A stretch of 64,000 nt of DNA from assembly GCA_963702425.1 (NCBI GenBank), contig CAVPCQ010000011.1, forward strand, positions 192,001-256,000, given 5' to 3'. This DNA comes from an uncultured Acidobacteriota bacterium (lineage in GTDB: Bacteria; Acidobacteriota; Polarisedimenticolia; J045). Positions 20,301-33,400 of the stretch are shown here, piece after piece. Made by a program: the position numbers and the translations under genes. Below the pieces are notes generated by a model. The model had not been told where the DNA came from. It saw nothing but the letters and a program-made list of their open reading frames with translations, and searched no databases. Within the stretch, counting starts at the first letter, position 1. Each line of letters begins with the position of its first letter.

Positions 20301-21154
20301 ACTGCCCGTCGCCCGACCTCTTCCCCTACGCGCTGGTCGAGATCCCGCTGCCGGACCGCACGGTCTACCTCGACTACACCGACGCCGACTACCCGTTCGA
20401 CTCGCTGCCGCTGCGCCTGACCGGCTCGGACGGCCTGTCGATCCCGCTCGAACCGGAAGCGCCGGCGCGGCTGGTCGAGATCGCGCGGCGCGATCCGGGC
20501 GTGCTGCAGGAGTCCGACGCCGATCTGGTGCTCGAAACGGACGGCCGCGTCACCGGCAATCTGACCCTGACGATGCGCGGCGTGCTCTCGGGGATCGTGC
20601 GACGGGTGATGTCGGAGATTCCACCGGACCGCAAGGACACCGCCTACCGCTCGTTCGTCGGCAACTACTTCGCGGGCGCGCAGGTCATCTCGGCCAAGCT
20701 GGACGGCCTCGACGCGGCGGATGGGGCGGTGACGCTGTCGTTCGCCTTTACCGGCGGTGGTTTCGGCCGGCGCCTGCCGGCCGGTTTTGCGGTGCCGGTC
20801 GTGGACCAGAAGCTCGACCTGCTGTCCGAGTACGCGTCGCTCCCGACGCGCCAGTACCCGCTGCTGCTCGACGCGCAGGAGTTCCGGCGCGACCGGGTCC
20901 GGATCCGGATCCCGGACGGGCTTCGGGTGACCGCACTCCCCGCACCGGTCGCGCGCGACAACTCCTACGGCCGCTACGGGCTGGCAGCGACCGTCGACGG
21001 CGACCGGCTGGTGCTCGAGCGTACGGTGGCGATTCCGCCGCGGCGCGTGGAGCCGGTGGACTACGCCGATCTGCGGCAGTTCCTGCAGGAGATCGACGCC
21101 GCCGAGCGGGCCGAGGTCGAGCTGGTCGCCCCGACGCCGGCCCTGGCGAAGTAG
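17312..21154 (+). CDS. secreted TPR / DUF3857 / transglutaminase-like paralog, catalytically degenerate
   Basis: GTG 17312 overlaps the upstream TGA, after GGAGG; signal peptide; KPAA repeats; WTLVGPYG domain; TPRs; LPGLEPGDFIEYSW; GEGNRVT and FPYAL replace the Cys and His motifs. Confidence 0.85.
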   Translation: MNRPTLAAVLAAAALGLGAAPPKPAVPPTARPAAKPAAKPAAKPAGGAPARAAGRPVAKPALPDGWPLALAGKDAEAEQAFIKRLAADPAQLESAIGLAALLEGRGDPGGAIAVLARSLERSSASPLAPGAFARLMGVSSHAPDGGAGAIPLLSGVVAGETAVTDPEVRSLAVLALADTLARNGELIPAQEMLQGYGGRLTRWTLVGPYGKFERLDLYRESPPDTGDLDPANDPAGPDGRPPIRVEASFPDGRVMIPESFGEDGIVFAIADVVVDKPVMLRLRVLAPGSLAVSVDGRRALVADRARERQPIAIGARVAFSPGRHRIAVKVALDGSASFALSLEPLDAATARTARGLWHEVPLDGKPDGSVRIEPLPVTADALPADLSTLAPPALLADAWWMRSRRLERSAGALLEAAHAAYPEARLFTVLLADHLRAAETGADPAKDLARARALLEEAVQGEGKEWITARVSLARHDEDANRLTEAWQASEAILADAPNDPDALFLQYRIAARRNWRAEADDRIERARAAAPGRNDLLDASIDWYGRSGAATRLVPAVEERNRRDLYDERWALLLAASGQTDAARSAWERLLAARPTAPGAWLGLARLEADAGRPDAALAAIDRGIAVLPRETALYEARAGLLAQLGREHEATAALALVLDLQPGRLEVREALRQRGVVDPLSPWMVDAKEVIRTAEKPGPGVDAALLGDLATVLIDREGGQTELYQGIHGVYTRAGVDSEGELEVLPNARIQGLRLHKADGRVVDVDPGTKRPISLPGLEPGDFIEYSWRRYTPPSGFVPGALDNRSVFVFQGPDRDFVLSRYVVMHDPALPVQICGHQAGLTTTDEVKDGLRVRTWTARKVPQLRPEPHIADPTAVIPNVKLGLNASWADIGDLVKSAIAGSLLPDAPLPEMAAEIRRRAGGKDPEALARALHAVVSARTRPGSAPLGLGTPASMSASAGEGNRVTVALALAQMVGLEARLLLARPLELRGTSMDCPSPDLFPYALVEIPLPDRTVYLDYTDADYPFDSLPLRLTGSDGLSIPLEPEAPARLVEIARRDPGVLQESDADLVLETDGRVTGNLTLTMRGVLSGIVRRVMSEIPPDRKDTAYRSFVGNYFAGAQVISAKLDGLDAADGAVTLSFAFTGGGFGRRLPAGFAVPVVDQKLDLLSEYASLPTRQYPLLLDAQEFRRDRVRIRIPDGLRVTALPAPVARDNSYGRYGLAATVDGDRLVLERTVAIPPRRVEPVDYADLRQFLQEIDAAERAEVELVAPTPALAK

Positions 21155-21324
21155 CGGGCCGGGAACCGCTGGCGGTGCGAGGCGTTGCTTCGGCGAGAGC
21201 GCCTTTCGCCGCGGCGGCGGCCCGAACGGGCTGCGCGCGACGGCACGCGCTTCCCCGCCGTCCGGCGGCGGGCCATGATGGGCGCGCTCTTCCCCGCGCC
21301 CGGCCCGCCGGTCGAGGAGGCCCT

Positions 21325-24300
21325 GTGAACCCGAGCCCGCGCCACCGCGTCGCCACGTCCATTCGATCTGTCGGCTTCCCCTGCGCCGCCCTGTTGACGC
21401 TGTCGCTCGCGCCCGCGCTCGCATTCGCGCCGGCGCACGCTGCAACGACTGTAGGGGCCGGCCTCCGTGCCGGCCCTCCTGTCGATGCCGCAACGACCGG
21501 CGCCGTCGAAGGCCGCGTCCTCGATCGCGCCGGCGCTCCAATCTCCGGGGCGACGGTTCGCGTCGGCTGCGCGGAACCCCTGGCGAGCGCGACGACCGAC
21601 GAGCGCGGCTGGTTCCGCGCCGGCGGGATCGCGCCGGGCCGCGTCTGCCTCGAGGCGACCCACACCGGCTTCGCCGCCGCGCGGCTGGACGACGTCGTCG
21701 TCACGGCGGGAGCCGCGCGCAGCGTGGCGCTGGTCGTCGAGCGCGGCGTCGCGCTGCGCGGCGCGGTGAAGGGCGCGGGCGCGCCGGGCTCGGCCGTCGC
21801 CGGAGCGGAGGTCGCGCTGCGCTGCGGCGCCGGGGACGAGGTCCTGGCGAAGGCGAAGTCCGCGGAGGACGGCCGCTACGACCTCGGCGTCGTCCCCGCG
21901 CGCGGCGCCTGCCGGCTGACCGCGACGCACGCCGACCAGCCGCCCTTCGTGAAGGTGCTCGAGCTGGCGCCGCGCGAGGCGCCGCTGGTGATCGATATCG
22001 TGTTCGACCCGGCAGCCGCGCTCACGGGGCGCGTCGTCGACGGCGACGGCAAGCCGGTGAAGGGCGCGGAGGTCCGCGTGACGGACGAGCTCCGCGGCGG
22101 CGACGCCACGGCCGAGCGCCGCGCGGCGAGCGACGACAAGGGCGTCTTCCGGGTCGGCGGCCTCTCGGCCTCGCGGTACCGGGTCGAACTGCACCCGCCC
22201 GACGCGCTCGTGGAACGCCGCGAAGCGGTCGAGCTGGCTCGCGGGCGGACACTCGACCTGGGGACCTTCCGCACGCGCCCCGGGCTCGCGCTCTCCGGGA
22301 CGGTCGTGGGCGACGACGGCGAGCCGCTGGCCGGGATCAAGCTGCGGGCCTTCCGCCAGCTCGGCAGCGGCCGTGCGCTCGAGCGGCAGGCGGTCACCGA
22401 CAAGGAGGGGCGGTTCCGCCTCGGCGGCCTGGCCGAGGGGCGCTACGACCTCGACGTCGAACCGAAGTCGGCGCGCGGCTGGCTGCCAGCGGAACGCGAC
22501 GACCTCGCGGTGCCGGGTGCGCCGCTCGAGCTGGAGCTGGAGCGCGGCGCGACGATCGCCGGAACGGCGACCGGGATGGACGGCGCGCCGCTCGAGCGGC
22601 TCGCGGTCTGGGCCCTGCGCGCCGCGCCGGAGGGCGACTCGGGCCGCGTCGTCGGCAAAGCGACGATCGAGGACCGCGCCACGGGCGCGTTCCGGATCGA
22701 GGGGCTCCCCGCCGGGGAGGTCGTCGTGCGGGCCGCGGCGCGCGGTCTCGCCCCGGCGGCGTCGGACCCGATCGCGCTCGTTGCCGGCGAGGAGCGGACG
22801 GGCGTCGGGCTGCGCCTGGCGCGCGGACTGCGACTGACCGGCACGGTCGTCGCGAAGGAGAGCGGCGCGCCGATCGGCAGCGCGGCGATCGCCGTCGAGG
22901 GGGCCTCCGCGCCCGCGAGCGGCGGAGCCGGCGGCGACGTCGGCGAAGTCGCGGCGGCACCCGAACCGGCCGCGACCAGCGGCGCCGACGGACGCTTCGC
23001 GCTCGACGGAATCGTCGCCGGCCAGGCGGTGCTCGCGGTGCGCCACCCCGACTACGCCCCCGCGACGCAGGTCGTCGTGGTCGGCGAGGAGGATCCCGAG
23101 CCGGTGCGGATCGCGCTCGGCGCGGGCGCGACGGTCGAGGGGACGGTGACCCACGCTGGCGGTGAGCCGGCGACCGGGGTCCGAATCGAGGCGCGGGGAG
23201 AATCGGCCCGAGGGCACGACGAAGCGCTCGCCACCGCTCTCACCGGCGCGGATGGCAGCTACCGCCTGCCGCACCTCCCAGCCGGCGCCGCGAAGATCGT
23301 TCGCCGCGGCGGGACGAGCTCGCTCGACGACCAGGAGCGGCGCTCGGTCGCGCTTGCCGACGGCGCGGTGGTGCGCGTCGACTTCGTGCTCGGCAACCGC
23401 GTCGAGGGGACGGTGCGGCGCGGCGGCCTGCCGGTCCCCGGAGCGCGCGTCGCGCTGACCGAGCTGGTCCAACCTGAGGGGAAGGGCAACCGGCCGTCGT
23501 TCGACTTCCAGGTCCAGGCGGGGTTCACCGACGCCGACGGACGCTACGCGATCGGCGGCGTTCGCGCGGGCGAGAAACTGATCTCGATCTCCCATGGCCG
23601 GCAGGGGACACGGCGCGTGGTGCCGGTCGCCGACCAGCCGGTGACGACGCTCGACGTCGAACTCCCGGCGCGGCTCGTGACCGGAGTCGTCGTGGCGAAG
23701 GAGAGCGGCGCGCCGATTGCGGGAGCCACGGTCCGTTCGACGCCACCGGGAGAACCGCGGGGCAACCGCAGCGCGATGATCAGGATACGCGAGAGCGACC
23801 ATGCAACCGGCGAAACGAGCGACATGACCGCGGGAGGCGGAGAGGAGGACGAGACCTCGAGCGACGCCGCGGGGCGCTTCGAACTGTGGGTCGCGGAGGG
23901 GCCGGGCGGTCGCATCGGGGCCTCGGCCAAGACGTTCCGGAACGCCGCGATCGACCTGCCGCAGGGCTCCGGCGAAGCGGTCACGATCGCGCTCGCGCGC
24001 CAGAAGCGGCTGATCGTGACGATCCTCGGGCCCGACGGCCGGCCGCCCTCGCCGTGGGCCGTCTGCCTGATGACCGAGCGGAGCCAGATGTGCCAGACGG
24101 ACGGCAGCGAGCGCTTCGAGTATGAGCTGGGAGACTTGCTCGCCGGCGCCGACATGGCCGTCACCAGCCCCGGCCTCGCGCTGGTGGTCCGGCGGCTCGA
24201 CACGCTCGAGCCCGACGCCGATGGGAACGTCGTCCGCGAAGTGCAGCTCGCACCGGCGGGATCACTGGTCGTGCGGCTCCCGACGCCGAAGACCTTCGCG

Positions 24301-24519
24301 CTGGCCGAGCTTCGGCCGGAGGGGGCCGCGGTGAACTGGCTGGGGTACTTCAATGCCACGAGCCAGGTCTCGACCGTGCGGGGCGAGGCCGAGAAGGAGA
24401 TCCGCGTCGCCGGGCTGGCCCCCGGCCGATGGGTCACAGTGCTGCAGCGCGGCGAAGAGCGGATCCCCGTGGCGGTAGAGGTCGCGGCCGGGCAGGAGGC
24501 GACGGCGGCGCTGCCCTGA
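21325..24519 (+). CDS. secreted protein of tandem carboxypeptidase-regulatory-like (prealbumin-like beta-sandwich) repeats
   Basis: GTG after GAGGAGG; signal peptide; roughly ten repeats of G.V.D..G.P..GA.V...TD..GRF...GL..G. Confidence 0.85.
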   Translation: MNPSPRHRVATSIRSVGFPCAALLTLSLAPALAFAPAHAATTVGAGLRAGPPVDAATTGAVEGRVLDRAGAPISGATVRVGCAEPLASATTDERGWFRAGGIAPGRVCLEATHTGFAAARLDDVVVTAGAARSVALVVERGVALRGAVKGAGAPGSAVAGAEVALRCGAGDEVLAKAKSAEDGRYDLGVVPARGACRLTATHADQPPFVKVLELAPREAPLVIDIVFDPAAALTGRVVDGDGKPVKGAEVRVTDELRGGDATAERRAASDDKGVFRVGGLSASRYRVELHPPDALVERREAVELARGRTLDLGTFRTRPGLALSGTVVGDDGEPLAGIKLRAFRQLGSGRALERQAVTDKEGRFRLGGLAEGRYDLDVEPKSARGWLPAERDDLAVPGAPLELELERGATIAGTATGMDGAPLERLAVWALRAAPEGDSGRVVGKATIEDRATGAFRIEGLPAGEVVVRAAARGLAPAASDPIALVAGEERTGVGLRLARGLRLTGTVVAKESGAPIGSAAIAVEGASAPASGGAGGDVGEVAAAPEPAATSGADGRFALDGIVAGQAVLAVRHPDYAPATQVVVVGEEDPEPVRIALGAGATVEGTVTHAGGEPATGVRIEARGESARGHDEALATALTGADGSYRLPHLPAGAAKIVRRGGTSSLDDQERRSVALADGAVVRVDFVLGNRVEGTVRRGGLPVPGARVALTELVQPEGKGNRPSFDFQVQAGFTDADGRYAIGGVRAGEKLISISHGRQGTRRVVPVADQPVTTLDVELPARLVTGVVVAKESGAPIAGATVRSTPPGEPRGNRSAMIRIRESDHATGETSDMTAGGGEEDETSSDAAGRFELWVAEGPGGRIGASAKTFRNAAIDLPQGSGEAVTIALARQKRLIVTILGPDGRPPSPWAVCLMTERSQMCQTDGSERFEYELGDLLAGADMAVTSPGLALVVRRLDTLEPDADGNVVREVQLAPAGSLVVRLPTPKTFALAELRPEGAAVNWLGYFNATSQVSTVRGEAEKEIRVAGLAPGRWVTVLQRGEERIPVAVEVAAGQEATAALP

Positions 24520-24593
24520 CCGTCGCGCCTGACTCCGTTCGGCCGGCGCCGCGCCGCGGGCGCGATCGCCGGCCGTTCTGCTACCGTTGCTGC

Positions 24594-25670
24594 GTGGACG
24601 AAGCGCGCCACGCGACCGGACTCCCGGACCCCCTGTCGGCGGTCCGGCTGACGCGCGCGTGGTTCGTCGGGTGCGAGTCGCGCGAACTCCGCGGCTCCCC
24701 GATCGCGCGCACGCTCCAGGGGACGCCGGTCGTGCTCTACCGCTCCGGCGGCCGCGCGGTCGCGGCGCTCGACCGCTGCCCGCACCGCAACGTACCGCTG
24801 TCCGAGGGGCGGGTCCTCGGGAACGGCCACCTCGAGTGCCGGTACCACGGCTGGCAGTTCGACGGAGAGGGACGCTGCCGTGCGATCCCGGGGCTCGACG
24901 CCGAGGTCGGCGAACACCGCGCCCGCGATGCGACGCCGCTCGCGGTGCGCGAGGCGGACGGGTTCGTCTGGGTCGCCGCGAGCCCGGGCGCCCCGCCGCC
25001 CGGCGAGCCGTGGCGCGTCCCGCACCTGGACGACCGCCGCTACGGCATCGTGCGGCGGCAGCTCGACGTGCGCGCGACGCTGCACGCCACCGCCGAGAAC
25101 GCGCTCGACGTGCCGCACACCGCGTTCCTCCACGCCGGGCTGTTCCGCTCCCCGGCGCGCCGCACCGCGGTCGAGGTCGTCGTGCGCCGCAGCGCCGACC
25201 GCGTCGAGGCCGAGTACGTCGGCGAGCCGCGGCCGACCGGCCTGGCACCGCGACTGCTCGCACCTCGCGGGGGGGTCGTGACGCACGTCGACCGCTTCAT
25301 CCTGCCGTCGATCGTGCAGGTGGAGTACCGGCTCGGCGACAGCACCCACCTCGTGAGCAGCGCCGCGTTGACGCCGATCGACGCGCTGACGACGCGGCTC
25401 TACGCGGTCGTGGCCCTGCGCTCGCCGCTGCCGCGCCTGCTCGTTCGCCTTGCCGCGGTACCGGTGATGAACCGGATCTTCCGCCAGGACGCGGAGGTGC
25501 TCGCCCTCCAGACGAAGACGATCCGCACCTTCGGCGGCGAGTGCTTCGCCTACTCGCCGGTCGACGTCCTGGGTCCGCAGATCGGACGCCTCCTGCAGCG
25601 CGCGGCGGCGGGCGGCGAGCCGGCGGACCCGGAGGCCGACCGCGAGTTCCGCCTGCGGATGCTCGTCTGA
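24594..25670 (+). CDS. Rieske non-heme iron oxygenase alpha subunit (VanA/O-demethylase-like)
   Basis: Rieske motif CPHR..CRYHGW; mononuclear iron motif ENALDVPHTAFLH and distal QD. Confidence 0.92.
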   Translation: MDEARHATGLPDPLSAVRLTRAWFVGCESRELRGSPIARTLQGTPVVLYRSGGRAVAALDRCPHRNVPLSEGRVLGNGHLECRYHGWQFDGEGRCRAIPGLDAEVGEHRARDATPLAVREADGFVWVAASPGAPPPGEPWRVPHLDDRRYGIVRRQLDVRATLHATAENALDVPHTAFLHAGLFRSPARRTAVEVVVRRSADRVEAEYVGEPRPTGLAPRLLAPRGGVVTHVDRFILPSIVQVEYRLGDSTHLVSSAALTPIDALTTRLYAVVALRSPLPRLLVRLAAVPVMNRIFRQDAEVLALQTKTIRTFGGECFAYSPVDVLGPQIGRLLQRAAAGGEPADPEADREFRLRMLV

Positions 25671-25794
25671 GCGGCGCGATCGCGAGGCCGCGGGGCGCGG
25701 GGCAGACGGCGGACGCGTCGCCGCCCTGACCGGCACGCCCTCGCTCGCTTGACGGCCCGGATAGACTCCTGCGGAGAGGCCGCCGGGAGGAGAT

Positions 25795-26451
25795 GTGATC
25801 GACGAGAAAGCCGACGCCGGGTCCGTTGACGGACGGGCCGGCCCGATGATTCGGGAAGCGTTCGAACGGGCGGCGTTGCAGTTCGTCGCCCTCGTGGACG
25901 GAATCCCCGCCGATCGGTGGTCCGGCCCCGGGCTCGACGACTGGACGCTGCGTGATCTCGTGGGTCACACGAGCCGGGCGCTCTCGACCGTCGAACAGTA
26001 CCTCGACAGCCCCGCCGCCGCGGTCGAACTGCAGCGACCGATCGACTACTACGTCGGCCTGGTGCAGCGCGTCCGCGTCACCCCCGAAGCGATCGGCGCG
26101 CGCGCCCGCGAGGCCGGCGGTCAACTCGGCCCCGACCCGGCGCGCGCCGTGCGCGAGATCGCCGCGCGCGTCGTGCCCCGCGTCCGCGCGACACCGGACG
26201 ACGCGATCGCCGGCACGATCGCGGGCGGCATCCGGCTGATCGACTACCTACCGTCGCGCGTCCTCGAGCTCGTCGTCCACTCGCTCGACCTCGGTCTCGC
26301 GCTCGGCCGTCCGGTCGAGCCCGCGCCGGTCGCCGCGGCCGTCACGCTGCACCTGCTGGCGGATCTTGCGCTCGCCCCCGGGCGCGCGGTGCCGCTGATC
26401 CTGGCCGCGACGGGACGCCGATCGCTGCCGGACGGCTACGCCCTCATCTGA
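25795..26451 (+). CDS. DinB-superfamily maleylpyruvate isomerase N-terminal-domain protein
   Basis: W..PGL..WTLRDLVGH and ELVVHSLDL metal-binding motifs; GGGAGGAG RBS. Confidence 0.8.
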   Translation: MIDEKADAGSVDGRAGPMIREAFERAALQFVALVDGIPADRWSGPGLDDWTLRDLVGHTSRALSTVEQYLDSPAAAVELQRPIDYYVGLVQRVRVTPEAIGARAREAGGQLGPDPARAVREIAARVVPRVRATPDDAIAGTIAGGIRLIDYLPSRVLELVVHSLDLGLALGRPVEPAPVAAAVTLHLLADLALAPGRAVPLILAATGRRSLPDGYALI

Positions 26452-26854
26452 GCGGCTCCACCGCGGCGAGAACCAGTTGCCAGGCGCCGAACCCGGCCAG
26501 TCCGACGGCGGCGAGTCCGATCAGCGCCCGGTTGACCCGCGCGCCGAGCGTTCGGGCGGCGGCGAAGAGGACGACGATCGCGGCCAGGCTGGCGAGCATT
26601 GCCAGGTAGAGCAGGAAGACCCCGCCCGCCGCCCGCAGCGAACGCAGGAGCCACGGCGGCATGCGGCTTAGTACCACCAGGGCGACGAAAGCGATCGGCA
26701 CGTCGCTCACGAGCGGAGCCAGCGCGGCCGGCAGGGTCCGCCGCCACCCGTTGGCAACGGCCCGCGAGGCGAGGAAGGTCTGGGTGGGTCCGGGCTGGAC
26801 CGCGGCGGCAAAGCCGAAGGTGGCCCCGAGCGAGAAGTACCCGAGCGTGGTCAC
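26444..26854 (-). CDS. LysE-family translocator, shortened by apparent in-frame internal deletion (possible pseudogene)
   Basis: AAAVQPGP..GWR..SD..GGVFLLYLA N-half joined directly to the last two TMs; the LLNP helix is missing; 136 aa versus about 200 aa typical. Confidence 0.7.
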   Translation of the reverse strand: MTTLGYFSLGATFGFAAAVQPGPTQTFLASRAVANGWRRTLPAALAPLVSDVPIAFVALVVLSRMPPWLLRSLRAAGGVFLLYLAMLASLAAIVVLFAAARTLGARVNRALIGLAAVGLAGFGAWQLVLAAVEPLR

Positions 26855-26914
26855 CCCGGGCTCCGTTCTCGCGGCGATTCGCCAGGCCCGGCCGCCGCGC
26901 CGCCTCCCGCGACC

Positions 26915-27826
26915 CTAGAAATCCTTGACCGCCAGGAACGGCCGCCGGATACCCCTGACGTACGTCGTCGCCGGATAGCCGAGGATCAGGACGATGGCCG
27001 GCTTGCTGCGCTCGGGAACGCCGTACTTCCGGAGCAGATCGCGCCGCCTCGCGAGCGGCGGCGCGGCGCAGCCGATCATGGTGGATCCCAGGCCGAGCGA
27101 CTCGGCCGCAATCATGGCGTAGGTGCAGGCGATGAAAGCGTCGGCGCCGTCGGCGTAGGGCGAGGTGTGGAACAGCAGCGCGACCGGGGCGTCGTAGAGG
27201 ACCTTGTCCTGGCCGGCCCGGCGCCCGGCCACGACGTCGCGGCCGAGCGGCAGGATGAAGGAACGGAACTGGTCGTAGGTGGTCTTCTTCGCGAACACGC
27301 GAAGCAGGCCCATCACCGCGGGGTTGTCCATCCACTTGAGCAGGCCGGCGTAGGTGTGCGCGACATCGCGAGCCAGCTCCCGGACCTTGGGACGGCCGCG
27401 GAAGACGACGACGCCCACCTCCCACGGCGGGATCCCCATCGGCGCGGTCGCGGCCGCCGCCACGACCCGGTCGACGACGTCGCCGGGGAGGTCGTCGGGC
27501 CGGAACCGCCGGACGCTGCGCCGCGCCAGGAAGAGGGCCTCGAGCTGGTCGGCGGAAGCTCGCCGGGCCGGTTCGGGCAGCTCGACGAGCTGATCGGGGG
27601 AGATCCGCCGACCGGTGACCGAGACGCTCCCGGTCGGGCAGGCCATCATGCACTGCCCGCAGGCGATGCAGCCGAAGGTGACGGCGACGTCGACGAGAAC
27701 GGTGTCGCCGTCCATCGTCAGGACCCCGGTCGGGCAGGTCTCGGCGCAGGCGCCGCAGTGCGTACAGGTGTCGCGGTCGATGACCGGCAGGCCACTGACC
27801 TCGCCGAAGCTGGAGATGACGGCCAT
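26915..27826 (-). CDS. nitroreductase-family protein with N-terminal 2x[4Fe-4S] ferredoxin
   Basis: CTHCGACAETCP and CIACGQCMMACP; RRSVRRF, ATAP, AESLGLGS, LGYP. Confidence 0.93.
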   Translation of the reverse strand: MAVISSFGEVSGLPVIDRDTCTHCGACAETCPTGVLTMDGDTVLVDVAVTFGCIACGQCMMACPTGSVSVTGRRISPDQLVELPEPARRASADQLEALFLARRSVRRFRPDDLPGDVVDRVVAAAATAPMGIPPWEVGVVVFRGRPKVRELARDVAHTYAGLLKWMDNPAVMGLLRVFAKKTTYDQFRSFILPLGRDVVAGRRAGQDKVLYDAPVALLFHTSPYADGADAFIACTYAMIAAESLGLGSTMIGCAAPPLARRRDLLRKYGVPERSKPAIVLILGYPATTYVRGIRRPFLAVKDF

Positions 27827-27970
27827 GGGCGGTCCTCGTCCGATGCCGGGCGGGTGGGGAGGACGATCCTACCAGCGCCGGGCCGTGCGTTCAGCCCTCC
27901 TCTGCGCCGATCGGGACGCTCGAGGAGACCGGGGAGGCGACGAACGCGCCGGCGAAATTCTCCCGCCGAT

Positions 27971-27997
27971 TGTCGATTGGCGTCGTTCCCGATCGAC
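27971..27997 (+). promoter_or_regulatory. ECF42-type promoter (autoregulatory)
   Basis: TGTCGA-17 bp-CGAC, matching the ECF42 consensus (-35 TGTCGA, -10 CG(A/T)C), directly upstream of the DGPF/ECF operon. Confidence 0.75.
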
Positions 27998-28033
27998 TAC
28001 TCGGTGAGCCGTCAGGCCGGAAGGAGGACAGCG

Positions 28034-28384
28034 ATGCGTTACATGCTGCTTATTTACGACCCGGAATCCGCGTGGGAGTCGATGCCGGAGGCGGAGCGGA
28101 ACGAGCTCTTCGGCGAGTACATGGCCTTCACGGAGAGCATCCGCGAGAGCGGACACCTGTTGGCGGGCGACCCGCTCGAGCCGACGGCGACCGCGACGAC
28201 CCTCCGCGTCCGCGGAGGGAAGGCCGTGACGAGCGACGGGCCATTCGCCGAGACGCGCGAGCAACTGGGCGGTTATTACATCGTCGAGGCGAGGGATCTC
28301 GACGAAGCGCTCGAGCTCGCCGCACGCGTCCCCTCGGCCCGCATCGGCTGCGTCGAAGTGCGACCGATCGCCGAAATGGGGTAG
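28034..28384 (+). CDS. YciI/DGPF-domain protein
   Basis: MRYMLLIY..TSDGPFAETREQLGGYY..VEVRP; AGGAGG RBS. Confidence 0.93.
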   Translation: MRYMLLIYDPESAWESMPEAERNELFGEYMAFTESIRESGHLLAGDPLEPTATATTLRVRGGKAVTSDGPFAETREQLGGYYIVEARDLDEALELAARVPSARIGCVEVRPIAEMG

Positions 28385-28454
28385 CGCCGCGCGTCCGGTT
28401 CACGGATCTCGGGCCGCCCGCCGCAATCTGGCCTAACCTTGCGCGGACGGCCCG

Positions 28455-29693
<1,239 letters not shown>

Positions 29694-29736
29694 CCCGCCA
29701 GGCGCCGGCCGCTCGGCTGGCCATGAGGAGACACGC

Positions 29737-30456
29737 ATGGTCGAACGCGTCGTGATCACGGGAGCGTCCCGCGGCCTGGGACTCGAGCTGACGCGCCAGC
29801 ACGCGGCGCGGGGCGATCGCGTGCTCGCCACCTGCCGCCGGCCCGCGGCCGCGGCCGAGCTGTCTGCGCTCGCCGAGCGCTGGCCGGGACGGATCGAGAT
29901 CGCGCCCCTCGACGTGACCAGCGCGACGTCGATCGAGGGCGCGGCGGCCGTCGCCGCGGAGCGCCTCGGTGCGATCGACCTCCTGTGGTCGAACGCCGGG
30001 GTGTACCCGGGCTCGCCGGGGATCGATGTCGACGAGAGTCCACTCGCCACGCTCGAGGCGGAGGACGGGCTCTCGGTCCTCGCAGTGAACGCGGTGGGCC
30101 CGCTGCTGGTCGCGCGCGCCTTCCTGCCGCTGCTCCGGCGCGGGCGCGGCCCGAAGCTCGTGGCGCTCTCGTCGGGCTACGGCTCGCTCGCGCTCAACGA
30201 GGGGACGCCCTACTGGTACGGCGCGTCGAAGGCCGCGCTCAACATGCTGCACCGCTCGCTCGCGTTCGACGCGGAGGCGCGCGGCGTCACGATCCTGCTG
30301 ATGTCGCCCGGGTGGGTGCGCACCGACATGGGCGGACCGCGCGCGCCGACGGCGGTGGAGGAGTCGGTGGCCGGGATGATCCGCATCGCCCTCGCCGCTG
30401 GACCACCGCAGAACGGCGCCTTCGTCGACCACCGGGGCGACGTGGTTCCCTGGTGA
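29737..30456 (+). CDS. short-chain dehydrogenase/reductase (CsgA/C-factor-like)
   Basis: ITGASRGLG, NAG, YGASKAALNM, SPGWVRTDMGG. Confidence 0.92.
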   Translation: MVERVVITGASRGLGLELTRQHAARGDRVLATCRRPAAAAELSALAERWPGRIEIAPLDVTSATSIEGAAAVAAERLGAIDLLWSNAGVYPGSPGIDVDESPLATLEAEDGLSVLAVNAVGPLLVARAFLPLLRRGRGPKLVALSSGYGSLALNEGTPYWYGASKAALNMLHRSLAFDAEARGVTILLMSPGWVRTDMGGPRAPTAVEESVAGMIRIALAAGPPQNGAFVDHRGDVVPW

Positions 30457-30586
30457 CGATCGGCAGACCGACGGGGGGCGGCGCGGCACCTCCCCGCCGG
30501 GCCAACTCCCCCCGCCGCGGCGATCGGGTTAACATCCCGGTTTCTCGCCGCCCCCGGCCCGCCGGGGACCCCAGGAGACCCTTCCG

Positions 30587-33328
<2,742 letters not shown>

Positions 33329-33400
33329 AGCCGCGCGATGACGCCGCGTACCGACCCCGCGGGGGCGGAGGCCGCGGCCGCGGCCCGGGAGCGACCCGGG

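Noticed and set aside
25795-26451. Evidence of mycothiol metabolism
   Set aside because: The domain name does not determine the thiol used; no msh genes in the window.
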